From Amphiscolops sp. MND2022 (taxonomy: Eukaryota): a DNA stretch of 60,000 nt. Location of the stretch: contig OZ076409.1 of NCBI GenBank assembly GCA_964187785.1, positions 77,378,001 to 77,438,000 of the forward strand, read 5' to 3'. Of the stretch, positions 11,586-22,520 are shown piece after piece. The position numbers were made by a program, and so were the translations under genes. The notes under the pieces were generated by a model. That model was given only the letters and a program-made list of their open reading frames with translations. It ran no database searches and was not told where the DNA came from. Within the stretch, counting starts at the first letter, position 1. Every line of letters starts with the position of its first letter.

Positions 11586-13466
11586 CGCAATAGATTATGA
11601 CGACAAAAACAATCAATTAATACATGACGGACACATATTACCATGTTATCATTCAGACGGATTTTGTACCAACGACCAAAACTCCATATACATTAACATG
11701 GTTTGATGAAAAATTTTGCATTTTGTAACCAACGACCAAAACTCCATATACATTAACATGGTTTGATGAAAAATTTTGCCTCATATTTCAACTTCAAGAA
11801 TTCCTTGGTAGAATGACACGAATCAAAGATAGATACTGGATAGAAACCGATACCTTCATTGAAACTTCAAACATCACACAAAAACTTCAAACCGAAGGAA
11901 TACAAGGAACAAGATATCCTAATGTAAAAACACCACAATCAAAAGTAGGCAATCCAAGCCTTTCTCGATTTGAAATATACCCAATTGCACAAACCTTCTG
12001 TGGAAAACCTGAACCATTATTTTCAACACAATATGATGACATCTTTGTTACATATTTAGATGGTTTTGATATGAACACAGGATTACCAAAACCACACTCA
12101 ATAATTGACCAAACAATTAGTGGAAATATAAAATATGATGATTCAAACAAAAGGTATATATTCCCTGCATTAAATATATCAATCAATTTCGCCACTTTAG
12201 ATTATGATGCCCACATTAATACAAAATTTGATTTCACAATAAATCATGTATTTAAATCCATGACAGTACAAGAACTAAACACTCTTCATACAATATGTGA
12301 ACTGGAAAGAACTCAACTATTAACGATCTTAGCTGTCAGTTAAAAATCCTCAATTAGCCGGTTTTCTTTTAATTGGAAATCGTAGTAACTTTCTCTACGT
12401 TGAAGGATCTACAGCATGGCTGTATGATTGCCCTCATTTTATATCACCACTATACAAGGCAGACAAATGCTTTGATAGAATTCCTATACACTACAGAGAA
12501 ACGATAATGTATGTTGACCCAATAACAAGACAAACTTTTAACTATGCAACACCAATTGAATGGGGAAATAACCCACAAAATATAATAGAATTAGATCCAG
12601 ATTCTAACGGAGATTTTTATGTGTTAACACCAGAACCACTTAAACGAGAAGCACCACAAATGTTTAAACCTACCCAAATTAAAACAACAATCACTCCTAA
12701 TACATTCACCGCCCAAGATGCCGGTATATACTCAAATGCAGAATTAGATCATTTCTGGAATAGAGTACTATTTGCTAAACATTCTGACACAACTCTCCTA
12801 TTACTTGGAAAATCATTAAGCTATGATTTCATCTCAATGCATAATGATAAACACTCATACTCAGGACATAATCCCTATAATCATTTAAGGATTGGAGTAC
12901 ATGACCACTTGTTAAACCTTTTACCACTTTTTAACCCTGACTGGTTCAGTCAAGCATTCATTAATTTCTTTGGATATCCATGTTTTGTTTTAACTCAATG
13001 TGGAATTTATTTTTCAACATTTCTTTTCATTAGAGAAGTTTTAACATTTTTACTCAAATTCTACAGAACAATTAGCATAAAATATAATCTCCAAAGCAAC
13101 ATTTCCATTTTGAGTTCAATAGCCCATGGATTTTTAAATATAGTTACATCGGAAATGGTAACCGATTTAAACAATACAGGAAAACGAAAACGGATATATA
13201 CTAAACACAAAATTACAACAAGTGAAAACGATACTATCCTATTGCCGGAAAAAGAACTAAACAATAAACGAAGACACTCTGATACTGACTTCCCTTATTT
13301 ACCTCCTAAATATTCCAGTAAGAATTCAACATTTCAATCACCGCAAAAGACACACCCAACTAATGTAAACGATATTAATTCTCAGGACTATGACCCAATA
13401 ATGTCAAATGTAATAGCTGTACCGGAAAGTCCTGCTAAAGTCTTTACAAAATTCAATCCCTCCTAG
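11586..13466 (+). pseudogene. env: 5'-truncated env copy 2
   Basis: ORFs 11813-12343 and 12507-13466 repeat env copy 1; internal ~59-bp duplication at 11661-11779. Confidence 0.9.
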
Positions 13467-13622
13467 CTGAAAAACAATAACTTAAAATACAAATTAACCT
13501 CAGAAAAAGTTCAAAAAATTATCAACTAAATTCTTCTCGGTATTAACTTTCATTCAAACCCAAATTCTCACTCGGACCGGTCTCTCCTTTTCAACTCAAC
13601 AACAAATTCACTTGCCCACCAC

Positions 13623-15445
13623 CGCAATAGATTATGACGACAAAAACAATCAATTAATACATGACGGACACATATTACCATGTTATCATTCAGACGGATT
13701 TTGTAAACCAACGACCAAAACTCCATATACATTAACATGGTTTGATGAAAAATTTTGCCTCATATTTCAACTTCAAGAATTCATTGGTAGAATGACACGA
13801 ATCAAAGATAGATACTGGATAGAAACCGATACCTTCATTGAAACTTCAAACATCACACAAAAACTTCAAACCGAAGGAATACAAGGAACAAGATATCCTA
13901 ATGTAAAAACACCACAATCAAAAGTAGGCAATCCAAGCCTTTCTCGATTTGAAATATACCCAATTGCACAAACCTTCTGTGGAAAACCTGAACCATTATT
14001 TTCAACACAATATGATGACATCTTTGTTACATATTTAGATGGTTTTGATATGAACACAGGATTACCAAAACCACACTCAATAATTGACCAAACAATTAGT
14101 GGAAATATAAAATATGATGATTCAAACAAAAGGTATATATTCCCTGCATTGAATATATCAATCAATTTCGCCACTTTAGATTATGATGCCCACATTAATA
14201 CAAAATTTGATTTCACAATAAATCATGTATTTAAATCCATGACAGTACAAGAACTAAACACTCTTCATACAATATGTGAACTGGAAAGAACTCAACTATT
14301 AACGATCTTAGCTGTCAGTTAAAAATCCTCAATTAGCCGGTTTTCTTTTAATTGGAAATCGTAGTAACTTTCTCTACGTTGAAGGATCTACAGCATGGCT
14401 GTATGATTGCCCTCATTTTATATCACCACTATACAAGGCAGACAAATGCTTTGATAGAATTCCTATACACTACAGAGAAACGATAATGTATGTTGACCCA
14501 ATAACAAGACAAACTTTTAACTATGCAACACCAATTGAATGTGGAAATAACCCACAAAATATAATAGAATTAGATCCAGATTCTAACGGAGATTTTTATG
14601 TGTTAACACCAGAACCACTTAAACGAGAAGCACCACAAATGTTTAAACCTACCCAAATTAAAACAACAATCACTCCTAATACATTTACCGCCCAAGATGC
14701 CGGTTTTTACTCAAATGCAGAATTAGATCAATTCTGGAATAGAGTACTATTTGCTAAACATTCTGACACAACTCTCCTATTACTTGGAAAATCATTAAGC
14801 TATGATTTCATCTCAATGCATAATGATAAACACTCATACTCAGGACATAATCCCTATAATCATTTAAGGATTGGAGTACATGACCACTTGTTAAACCTTT
14901 TACCACTTTTTAACCCTGACTGGTTCAGTCAAGCATTCATTAATTTCTTTGGATATCCATGTTATGTTTTAACTCAATGTGGAATTTATTTTTCAACATT
15001 TCTTTTCATTAGAGAAGTTTTAACATTTTTACTCAAATTCTACAGAACAATTAGCATAAAATATAATCTCCAAAGCAACATTTCCATTTTGAGTTCAATA
15101 GCCCATGGATTTTTAAATATAGTTACATCGGAAATGGTAACCGATTTAAACAATACAGGAAAACGAAAACGGATATATACTAAACACAAAATTACAACAA
15201 GTGAAAATGATAATATCCTATTGCCGGAAAAAGAACTAAACAATAAACGAAGACACTCTGATACTGACTTCCCTTATTTACCTCCTAAATATTCCAGTAA
15301 GAATTCAACATTTCAATCACCGCAAAAGACACACCCAACTAATGTAAACGATATTAATTCTCAGGACTATGACCCAATAATGTCAAATGTAATAGCTGTA
15401 CCGGAAAGTCCTGCTAAAGTCTTTACAAAATTCAATCCCTCCTAG
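13623..15445 (+). pseudogene. env: 5'-truncated env copy 3
   Basis: ORFs 13612-14322 and 14486-15445 repeat env copy 1; retains PIECG cysteine. Confidence 0.9.
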
Positions 15446-15790
15446 CTGAAAAACAATAACTTAAAATACAAATTAACCTCAGAAAAAGTTCAAAAAATTA
15501 TCAACTAAATTCTTCTTGGTATTAACTTTCATTCAAACCCAAATTCTCACTCGGACCGGTCTCTCCTTTTCAACTCAACAACAAATTCACTTGCCCACCA
15601 CAACTCAACTCTCAACCAGAAGACTTCAACCGGATTTTCAGTCCATCTAAAAGACGGAAATCACAGAAGTTTCTATTCCTGGAATAGATGCCACTGTGAT
15701 TGTTGATGTTTTAAACCCATCATTGACTCAGTATTCCCATATTGTAAGTACAATTTAAACTTTAATTTTACCAAACAATTTAATGGATAA
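15380..15790 (+). pseudogene. Possible accessory ORF A, or extended env tail, with Cys/His cluster
   Basis: Env frame continues MSNVIAVPESP...PS*LKNN...HLKDGNHRSFYSWNRCHCDC*CFKP...YC to TAA 15788-15790, with three in-frame stops. Confidence 0.35.
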
Positions 15791-15886
15791 AAAAGATATA
15801 ACGAAATTTTTCCTTATTATTAGAAATAATATAATCAAACGTTATAATCATTATTTTAGCTCTACAAAAACACGCAAGTTTAAATA

Positions 15887-17178
15887 ATGGAATCCTTGCC
15901 CGAAATTGATGTAGTTAACTCTAATCCCTCTGAATTGCTTGCATCCCCTTTGAATATAACTATTCAACAAAATGTTAACGAAGATAATAACTCTTCCTCC
16001 AACTCTCAAGACCCCATAGAAACTATTCCTATTGAACAAGTAGATCATGTTAACGCAAGATCTCAAAAAAGAAAGTACCCAGATATAACTGCAGACAAAC
16101 CTTTTATGGAATCTGGCGCTTGCCCTCCTTTCATAAAACCAATTAAACAAGATGAAGATAGAGATTGTGAATTAGTTCCTATTCTCTCGTCAAAACACTT
16201 CACCTTTCAATCTCAGTTAACTTCGTTATACATGATTCCAACAAAATACAAATTCATCATCAGAGAATTTAAAAATGATTATCATACATCAATTGCATCA
16301 AAATTGATTTCCCCATATGATTGGTGGTTAAACAATAAAGTGAAAATTTTCTCACTCCAATAAAACTTCCTCAGACCATCTCCATATGATCTTCGAACCG
16401 AAGAAAATGATGCAATTTTTTTGCCATACCAAATCAAAAAGGCTCACCACATGACTTATCAAAAGTTTCTTCAAAATAAAGAGCCCGATAATTATATATT
16501 CTTCAACTCCAAATATACATCGTCATTTACTTTCAACTCAGAATATTTAATAGATCATACCAAAACAAAAGGAAAAATTAGAAATTATGACCCGCTGAAA
16601 CAAAGTTTTCTCTTCCTTCCAAATGATAACCCAAAAAGACCAATCATTGTACCACAAGAATACCTCTTTCTGAACGACGATTCGTTACTACAAGAAGATA
16701 TACCTCAACATATATCTGATCCTCTTCCTCCACTTCAACATATAGCCTCTCAACCTTTGAGACTGTGAAAAATCTTATTTTCACGCAATGACCAAAAAGG
16801 GATATTCGAATAAGGAATTAATTTTCATTATTTCGCATCTGCTTTCACTTCTTACAAATGGAAATCACAAAGAATATAAAAAAGGCAAAACAAGAATCGC
16901 CTAAGAAAACCAAAAATGATATCCCCAACCACAAAGTTTTCGCCCAACAGACGAATTACAGAAATATACAGAAATTCTGAATATCATAAAACCGTATCAT
17001 TATCCGAACCGAGATATTCTTATAACAATCGCTGAAATCGTAAATACCCTTGAACAAGCTCGAAGCATAATACAAAATATCGTATTTGATACGACAAGAA
17101 TTAGCCAATCAGATTTGTGCATTCGCACATCTTTAGACGAATTCAACTACACTATTGAAAAAATGCATCGATCTTAAC
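15887..17178 (+). pseudogene. Accessory ORF B of the retroelement, unknown function
   Basis: ORFs 15887-16363 and 16421-16768 are in the same frame, separated by one TAA. Coding-like sequence continues with lesions to roughly 17180; 3' end approximate. Confidence 0.6.
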
Positions 17179-17509
17179 TGGTAATTATGGGATAATCACT
17201 CTAAAATTGTTAACACTTACCACTTAATCTCTTAACAACCTGTCAAAATTGATTGAGTCTACACGTATATGCCTGGTATGAACAATTATAATACATGCTT
17301 GATGTTAAAATACTCTTTTAAAATAAAATAACAACAAATTTCAATCGCGACATAAAAATTTTCAACAAAATTGCTCCTCCTTTTAATGGACCGATTTCAA
17401 CAAATAAGTACTTATATGAAAGATATTTAAATACCCTTCAAGCTTCCAAAATACAACAACTTAATACTTAAAATTAAAAAGTTATAACATCACAAAATTC
17501 AATAAAAAA

Positions 17510-18163
17510 ATGTCAACTACGAAATTCTATTTTCAAAGGAACTTTATTGTAAACAAACTAATCTATTGTAGGTGAATATCGTCACAACTGCTTCTTCAGC
17601 ATTCCTTCCTTCTCTCAGGTCACCCATTCAAGAAGAATTCCGAAGTATCCTCTACAGCTTTCAACGAAATTTTCTCATTCTTCAATATGACAACTATCCA
17701 CTCTGGCGACATTGACTGCCCGATAGCTCCTTTCCTTTCAATCTCTTCAGCTCGATTGCGATCCTTGATCCTGAAAAAGCATTTAACGACATTAAATGCG
17801 CAGCTTCGAACAGAAAAAAAGGCTGACCCACATCTTACAAGGATGATATTGCTTAATATGTTCCAATTATTCCAAATAACAAGAATAAATTTCGACCAAT
17901 ATCTCCATATTCATAAACATCCTGACACTTATTCAACTCAAAAGGATGCCACTACCCAAACGGAACATACTACAATCAAACCCAAACGTTTACTACGAAC
18001 CCTATCCAATAGAATGCGTTCCGAAATGGAAAAACTACGTCTAAATTCATATTGGCCCTCAGATGACAATGATGACACTGACGAAGACCTTCAAAAAGAT
18101 CCCCCAGAAGCACTTTTAGACGATAACTACCCACACAAAACATATACTTACGTTTCCTTCTAA
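17510..18163 (+). pseudogene. Accessory ORF C of the retroelement, unknown function, acidic C-terminus
   Basis: ORF 17687-18163 extends in frame to ATG 17510 across one TGA; ends SDDNDDTDEDL...YVSF. Confidence 0.6.
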
Positions 18164-18709
18164 CATCCACAGACGCCACCAACAGCACCCGTCAACTCCC
18201 ATCTTCGAAATCCACATCTTCAACGAGCAACAGATCAGCACCCATCTTCAACTTCATCGCCGCCCAACAGTTGCCCATCTTCATTCATCTGCTGACCCTT
18301 CTTCATCCATCTTCCAATCTTCAATCGTCACCCATCCAATTCTCAGCCGAAGATGATCGATAATTAATAATAAAGAAAACTCAAAGAAAATACATTGTGC
18401 ATGATAACATTTCGAAAAGTTTCAAACTCATCTAATATTTAAAGAATTCAAACTCTTATCGAAAATATTCACTATGTAGTTATTATTTCAAATTTCATTC
18501 CCACCCACACTTATTTGCCCAAAAATCCTTTATTCACACCCGTACCGATATTTATTTGCTTTATTTTTAAAGAATAATTAGTAATAATTATTATTTTTCT
18601 GTGCTATCCCATCCAAAAAATTAACAAATATTATCAACAAATCTTTTCAAATTTCAACAAAACCAGCTCAAAATTAAATCCAGCACATTGTTCAAATCTA
18701 ATTCGAATA

Positions 18710-19129
18710 ATGACAAACCCAAATTCTCGACGTTTTCAACATTTGTTACATAACAAACCCGCCAAAGTTAATCACAACTTGAAATCTTTTCAGACAAATT
18801 TCACGCTCGATGGAAAAATTTTCTCTTCTCAACGATATTATTTCAATGACTCTTTGACCTTTAACTCGTATGATGTTTGCTCACGTTTGTTCAATGCGAA
18901 GTTCTTTCAAAAACTTTAACAGAAGCATAAAATTGAGCATCTACCAGTTCAAAAAACAAGCCGACGAAAGCATAGTGAAAAAGAACACTTTGACGCTTTT
19001 TGAACTGTAGTCGCACCTACGAGGTGTCAATCAAAATTTTGACAATTCGAGGTACACCAATGAGTCGAACTTACACCACTCTTAACGAGACTTATGCCAA
19101 TCATCCATCTAATGAAAAATGTTAACTAG
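18710..19129 (+). pseudogene. Possible accessory ORF D of the retroelement
   Basis: ORF 18710-18919 continues in frame to TAG 19127-19129 through TAA 18917 and TGA 19001, 19040, 19061. Confidence 0.4.
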
Positions 19130-19208
19130 CCGAAACGCTAAGAACATTTAAACAAAAAATTTTTCTTCATTTCAATTAATGATGCTACTTTAAAATTTTA
19201 TTTTATTT

Positions 19209-19223
19209 AAAAACCGGGATGGA
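19209..19223 (+). promoter_or_regulatory. Polypurine tract (imperfect) of the giant element
   Basis: AAAAACCGGGATGGA directly abuts the TGT start of the LTR. Confidence 0.6.
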
Positions 19224-19492
19224 TGTACTGACCTACATTAATAACCAATAGTATTTAGATGTTTATAGAATGTTCTAGAATGTACATTTATTTGTTATTG
19301 AATGATTGTAAATCTCTACTCCCTCAGAGAGAGAAAACTAACAATCAGTATTCAGTTGACTTCCTTTTTGTTCTGCTTCTAACACCTCGAACTAGTTGTA
19401 ATAAAGTAAGCTAGCTAGCCTGTCTCTCCGCCGCTTTTAGTAGTTGTGAATAAGACCATCCAAAGAAGTAACCAACCATTAAAAGCAGCACA
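19224..19492 (+). repeat. 3' LTR of the giant element (~269 bp)
   Basis: Starts TGTACTG and ends CAGCACA (6/7 inverted match); AATAAA at 19400-19405; base composition changes here. The 5' LTR is not available for confirmation. Confidence 0.75.
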
Positions 19493-19840
19493 CTACCCGG
19501 GTCGTTAAAGTAACCCTGTTTGAGATGACCTTTAAAACCAGACCATTAAAACAGATGTTATTCAATAAGACACAAAATTGAACGAATGTTACCGTCTTGA
19601 ACGAATTTTTAGTCAAAATTACACATCTCATTTTTTGTAAGAATTTTTTACGGGAAAATGCAAGTTTTGAAGAAATTCTATCAGAATCTTTTCGACATTG
19701 TAAGAAATGTTCGACATCGTAACAAGATTGCAAAATTTGCGATTCTTGTACGTACTTGTAAGATTCTTGTAAGAAATGCAAAGTTGGCAAGAAATTCGGA
19801 AGAATTTTGCAAGATTTGTGACTCTTGTAACCTAGGGAGC
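19493..19840. repeat. MITE-like repeat with internal (TTGC/TTGT)AAGA(A)TT motifs
   Basis: Reiterated ttgtaaga/ttgcaaga/ttcttg motifs at 19635-19830; weakly complementary ends CTACCCGGG...CCTAGGGAG. Confidence 0.35.
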
Positions 19841-20198
19841 CAAACTTACCCTCCAATATCAATATGATCGAAAGCGGAACTGCACCCGACTCTACCACGT
19901 TTTCGCGTTAACCGAATGACTTTATTTTTTTGCCTGAAAATATCAAGCATTTCTGTCCTCGCTAATTTGCTCAGGCGTATGCGCCATTTTGAGGGACTTC
20001 TCAAGTCCTGTGGGTCTTTCTCACGACACTTTTTTACTTGAGAATTCCCTTTTAAAATTCATGCATTCAGTCCAGAGAATCAGTGTAATGATATTTGTAC
20101 AGGTTTGGTCGATGGTAGAATGGTTTCGAATAATCAGCGTTGATTGGCCTTTAAAATCTATTGCTTATGAAATTTACAAAATTCATGCATTGATCGTT

Positions 20199-20773
20199 TT
20201 AATCGTTCAACTTCTTGTATCTTCCTAGAATGCTCTTTCTAACTTGATGACAGCCAAGAGTGTACTGCTTCGGTCCGAGAAAATGGCTACATGACTTTTT
20301 CTCCCCATTCATTGAGCATTTCTTCTTGGATTTATTAGGGAAGAATACCTGCACGTCTTCCACTGGTTTTTTGGCTCTACAGGTGGTTCCAAAGCACTTG
20401 CAAAAGCAGCAGCAAAAATTTTGTTTCATCTTTCTTCGAAACATGCGTTTTAGTTCAATTTGGATAATCATGCAGTCTGCGTTTTCTTCAATCGATCGAA
20501 CATCGCCGATGGCCAAACCAACAAGCAGGTTCATTAGAATGAGAGTGGTTAATGTACTTGTGATAAACCATTGAAAAACATAGCCAAAAAGTACTTCTGA
20601 GTCCTCAGTTAGTGGTTTTCCATCTGCAGTCAAGCGGGATGTGTCGATGTATCCATACATTGCACTTAGGACATAGAAAACGCTCGTGAAGAAACGATTC
20701 ATCTGCTCCCATCCAATGTTTCCTCGAAGCGGAGACCAAGTCAAACACTTTTCTTTCAATTCAGAAGAGTCAT
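20199..20773 (-). CDS. TRPA-like cation channel, last coding exon (pore loop, S6, C-terminus)
   Basis: ILMNLLVGLAIGDVRSIEENA is the TRPA-type S6/TRP-like helix. Acceptor TTTTTAG|AT at 20773 is phase-compatible with the upstream donor; stop at 20199. Confidence 0.85.
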
Positions 20774-22228
20774 CTAAAAACATTTTTTAACGTAATTACG
20801 AAATTTTTCTACATCTTATTGAAAACTGCCGAATTTAGATTTTTTCGACCATTTAGGTGTAATTTTGAGGCTCTTTTCTAACGTGAAACTGCAATTGACC
20901 TTCAAAAAAAGCCTGCTGCATACCGCTTTTGTTTGCTGTTGAAAGTGTTCATACGTCTAACTAGGGAAGCATTTCAAAAAAGTGCATCAAAACGTGAAAA
21001 TGGGATTTTTTTCAATTCCGATTCATCAGGGTCATTTTGAAGTATCTTGAAGCGAAACACCGCCACTCTCTCACAAGAAACGCATACTGCATAAATAATT
21101 TGTTCGTTTTTGAAAGTTTTAAACTTTCTTATCCATTAAATCTACACAAATTGCATGAAAAATGAAAAACGACATGAATTGAAAAGTTTTGAGATTTCGA
21201 GTGAAATTGAAGCATATTTCTAATAGAAAACTAGCATTTTTTTTCCTACATTTTCATCAAAAAGTTCCTTTTATCTCTTCAAAAGCTAACTGGACATCAA
21301 ATTCGAAAGTTGATGAGAAGGTGTGAAGTCTCGATTCATGAAAACGTTCCACATTTTACAAAATTTTAGCTACAAAAATCAGAAATTGTAAAATTATTTG
21401 TTTTTTTCACTACTTTGGGATGATTTTGAGACTTGTTTTGCAAAATGAAACAGCATTTGACTTTCAAAAGGGCTACTCTATCACGCGTTCGTTTGATGTT
21501 GAGTTTTTTCAATCTTCTAACGAACGAATTTTTCTGAAACTTGCAAAAATCATTTTTCGGAAAAGTTTTGGATTTTGACACTTTTGAGACTTTCTGAGAT
21601 TTAATTCTGCCTACAAAGCTACAAAGTTGTCCTTTAGAAAACGTACTCGGCTTTTTCCGGGGCAACTTGAAATTTTTCTTGAAAACGCTTCAAAAATCTC
21701 ACAATTTGCACAAAAACGTTTAAACAGTTAAATTTTTCTATTTTCCGACTCATTTGGGTCATTTTGTTTTGTTGATGCAAAACACTATACTGTCCTTTCC
21801 AAAGAGTATACTACATTGCTACTTTGTTCATCTTTCAACGTTTTAAAATTCGATGCCCACCAAATATTTTCGGTGTTAAGTTGGGACATAACTCTGTCAA
21901 AAGTAACTTTTATCTTCTCAATAAGCCTTCAGGACAAAAGTTCATTTGTTCTTGAAAGGTGTCAAAGTTGAAATCCACGAAAACGTTAGAAGTTTTTCGT
22001 ATATTGCTTTGAAGAATTAAGTTCAAAGAACTTTTGTCTTTTTAGTCAGCGCCTTTTTCCTCAAGGAAAAAAGCCCGACTATTACAGTGGGTAATTTTTG
22101 TTCAGCTGACAATCTCACTTTGAACGGTCCAATTTTCTTACAATTCTTTCAATATTACAATTTCTTACAATTCTTACTTAGCTTACGAAGTAGAATTTTT
22201 ACATCATAGAATTACATAAGAAACTGAA

Positions 22229-22520
22229 CCGGGGCGAAGGGTACCCCCTTTGAATGTTTGCGGCTCTGTGAGAATTTTTTTCCGAAAAATAGGTTTTCAC
22301 AGAAGGGTCCCCTTCAATTTTTTAAATTTTCCGACAGAATGGTTGTTGAAAAAGCCCAAAAGTGTCCCCCTTTCAGTTTTTTTCCGGCCTTATGAGACTT
22401 TGTTTTCAGTTTTTTTTTCATAAAAGGATCCCCAATTCACAAATACTTTCACATTTTGAAGTCTTTATGAGATTTTTGAGCCTCAGATTTGGCGCCTACT
22501 TGGGCCCTTCCCGGCTTGTT
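22229..22520 (+). repeat. Short interspersed non-autonomous repeat in TRP intron (possibly Helitron/Helentron-derived)
   Basis: Four ~60-bp-spaced AGGGT(A)CCCC...TTT motifs and a GC-rich 3' end GGCGCC...GGGCCCTTCCCGGCTTGTT. Confidence 0.35.

Larger units (their letters stand above)
9608..15601 (+). repeat. Head-to-tail triplication of the env 3' ~2 kb (units 9608-11585, 11586-13622, 13623-15601)
   Basis: Near-identical translated ORFs recur at ~2 kb spacing. Identical junction TTGCCCACCAC|CGCAATAG at 11585 and 13622. Confidence 0.97.
1..19492 (+). mobile_element. Giant env-bearing Ty3/Gypsy LTR retroelement (endogenous retrovirus-like), 5' end outside window, decayed by scattered stops and frameshifts
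   Basis: Gag, PR, RT, RH, IN in Ty3/Gypsy order, followed by extra ORF, env, accessory ORFs, PPT and a TG...CA LTR. The + strand is conspicuously A/C-rich and G-poor until ~19200. Confidence 0.93.

Noticed and set aside
15744..15859. GTAAGT...TTTTAG as a 116-bp intron
   Set aside because: The donor lies inside putative ORF A and splicing does not give an open fusion; only the acceptor is kept as a hypothesis.
1844..16150. Minus-strand ORFs within the giant element (e.g. 2524-2877, 9850-10158, 15851-16150)
   Set aside because: Short antisense shadows with no motifs; their recurrence merely reflects the triplication.
19491..19500. CACTAC as a CACTA transposon end
   Set aside because: The CA is better explained as the LTR terminus; no matching TAGTG end found nearby.
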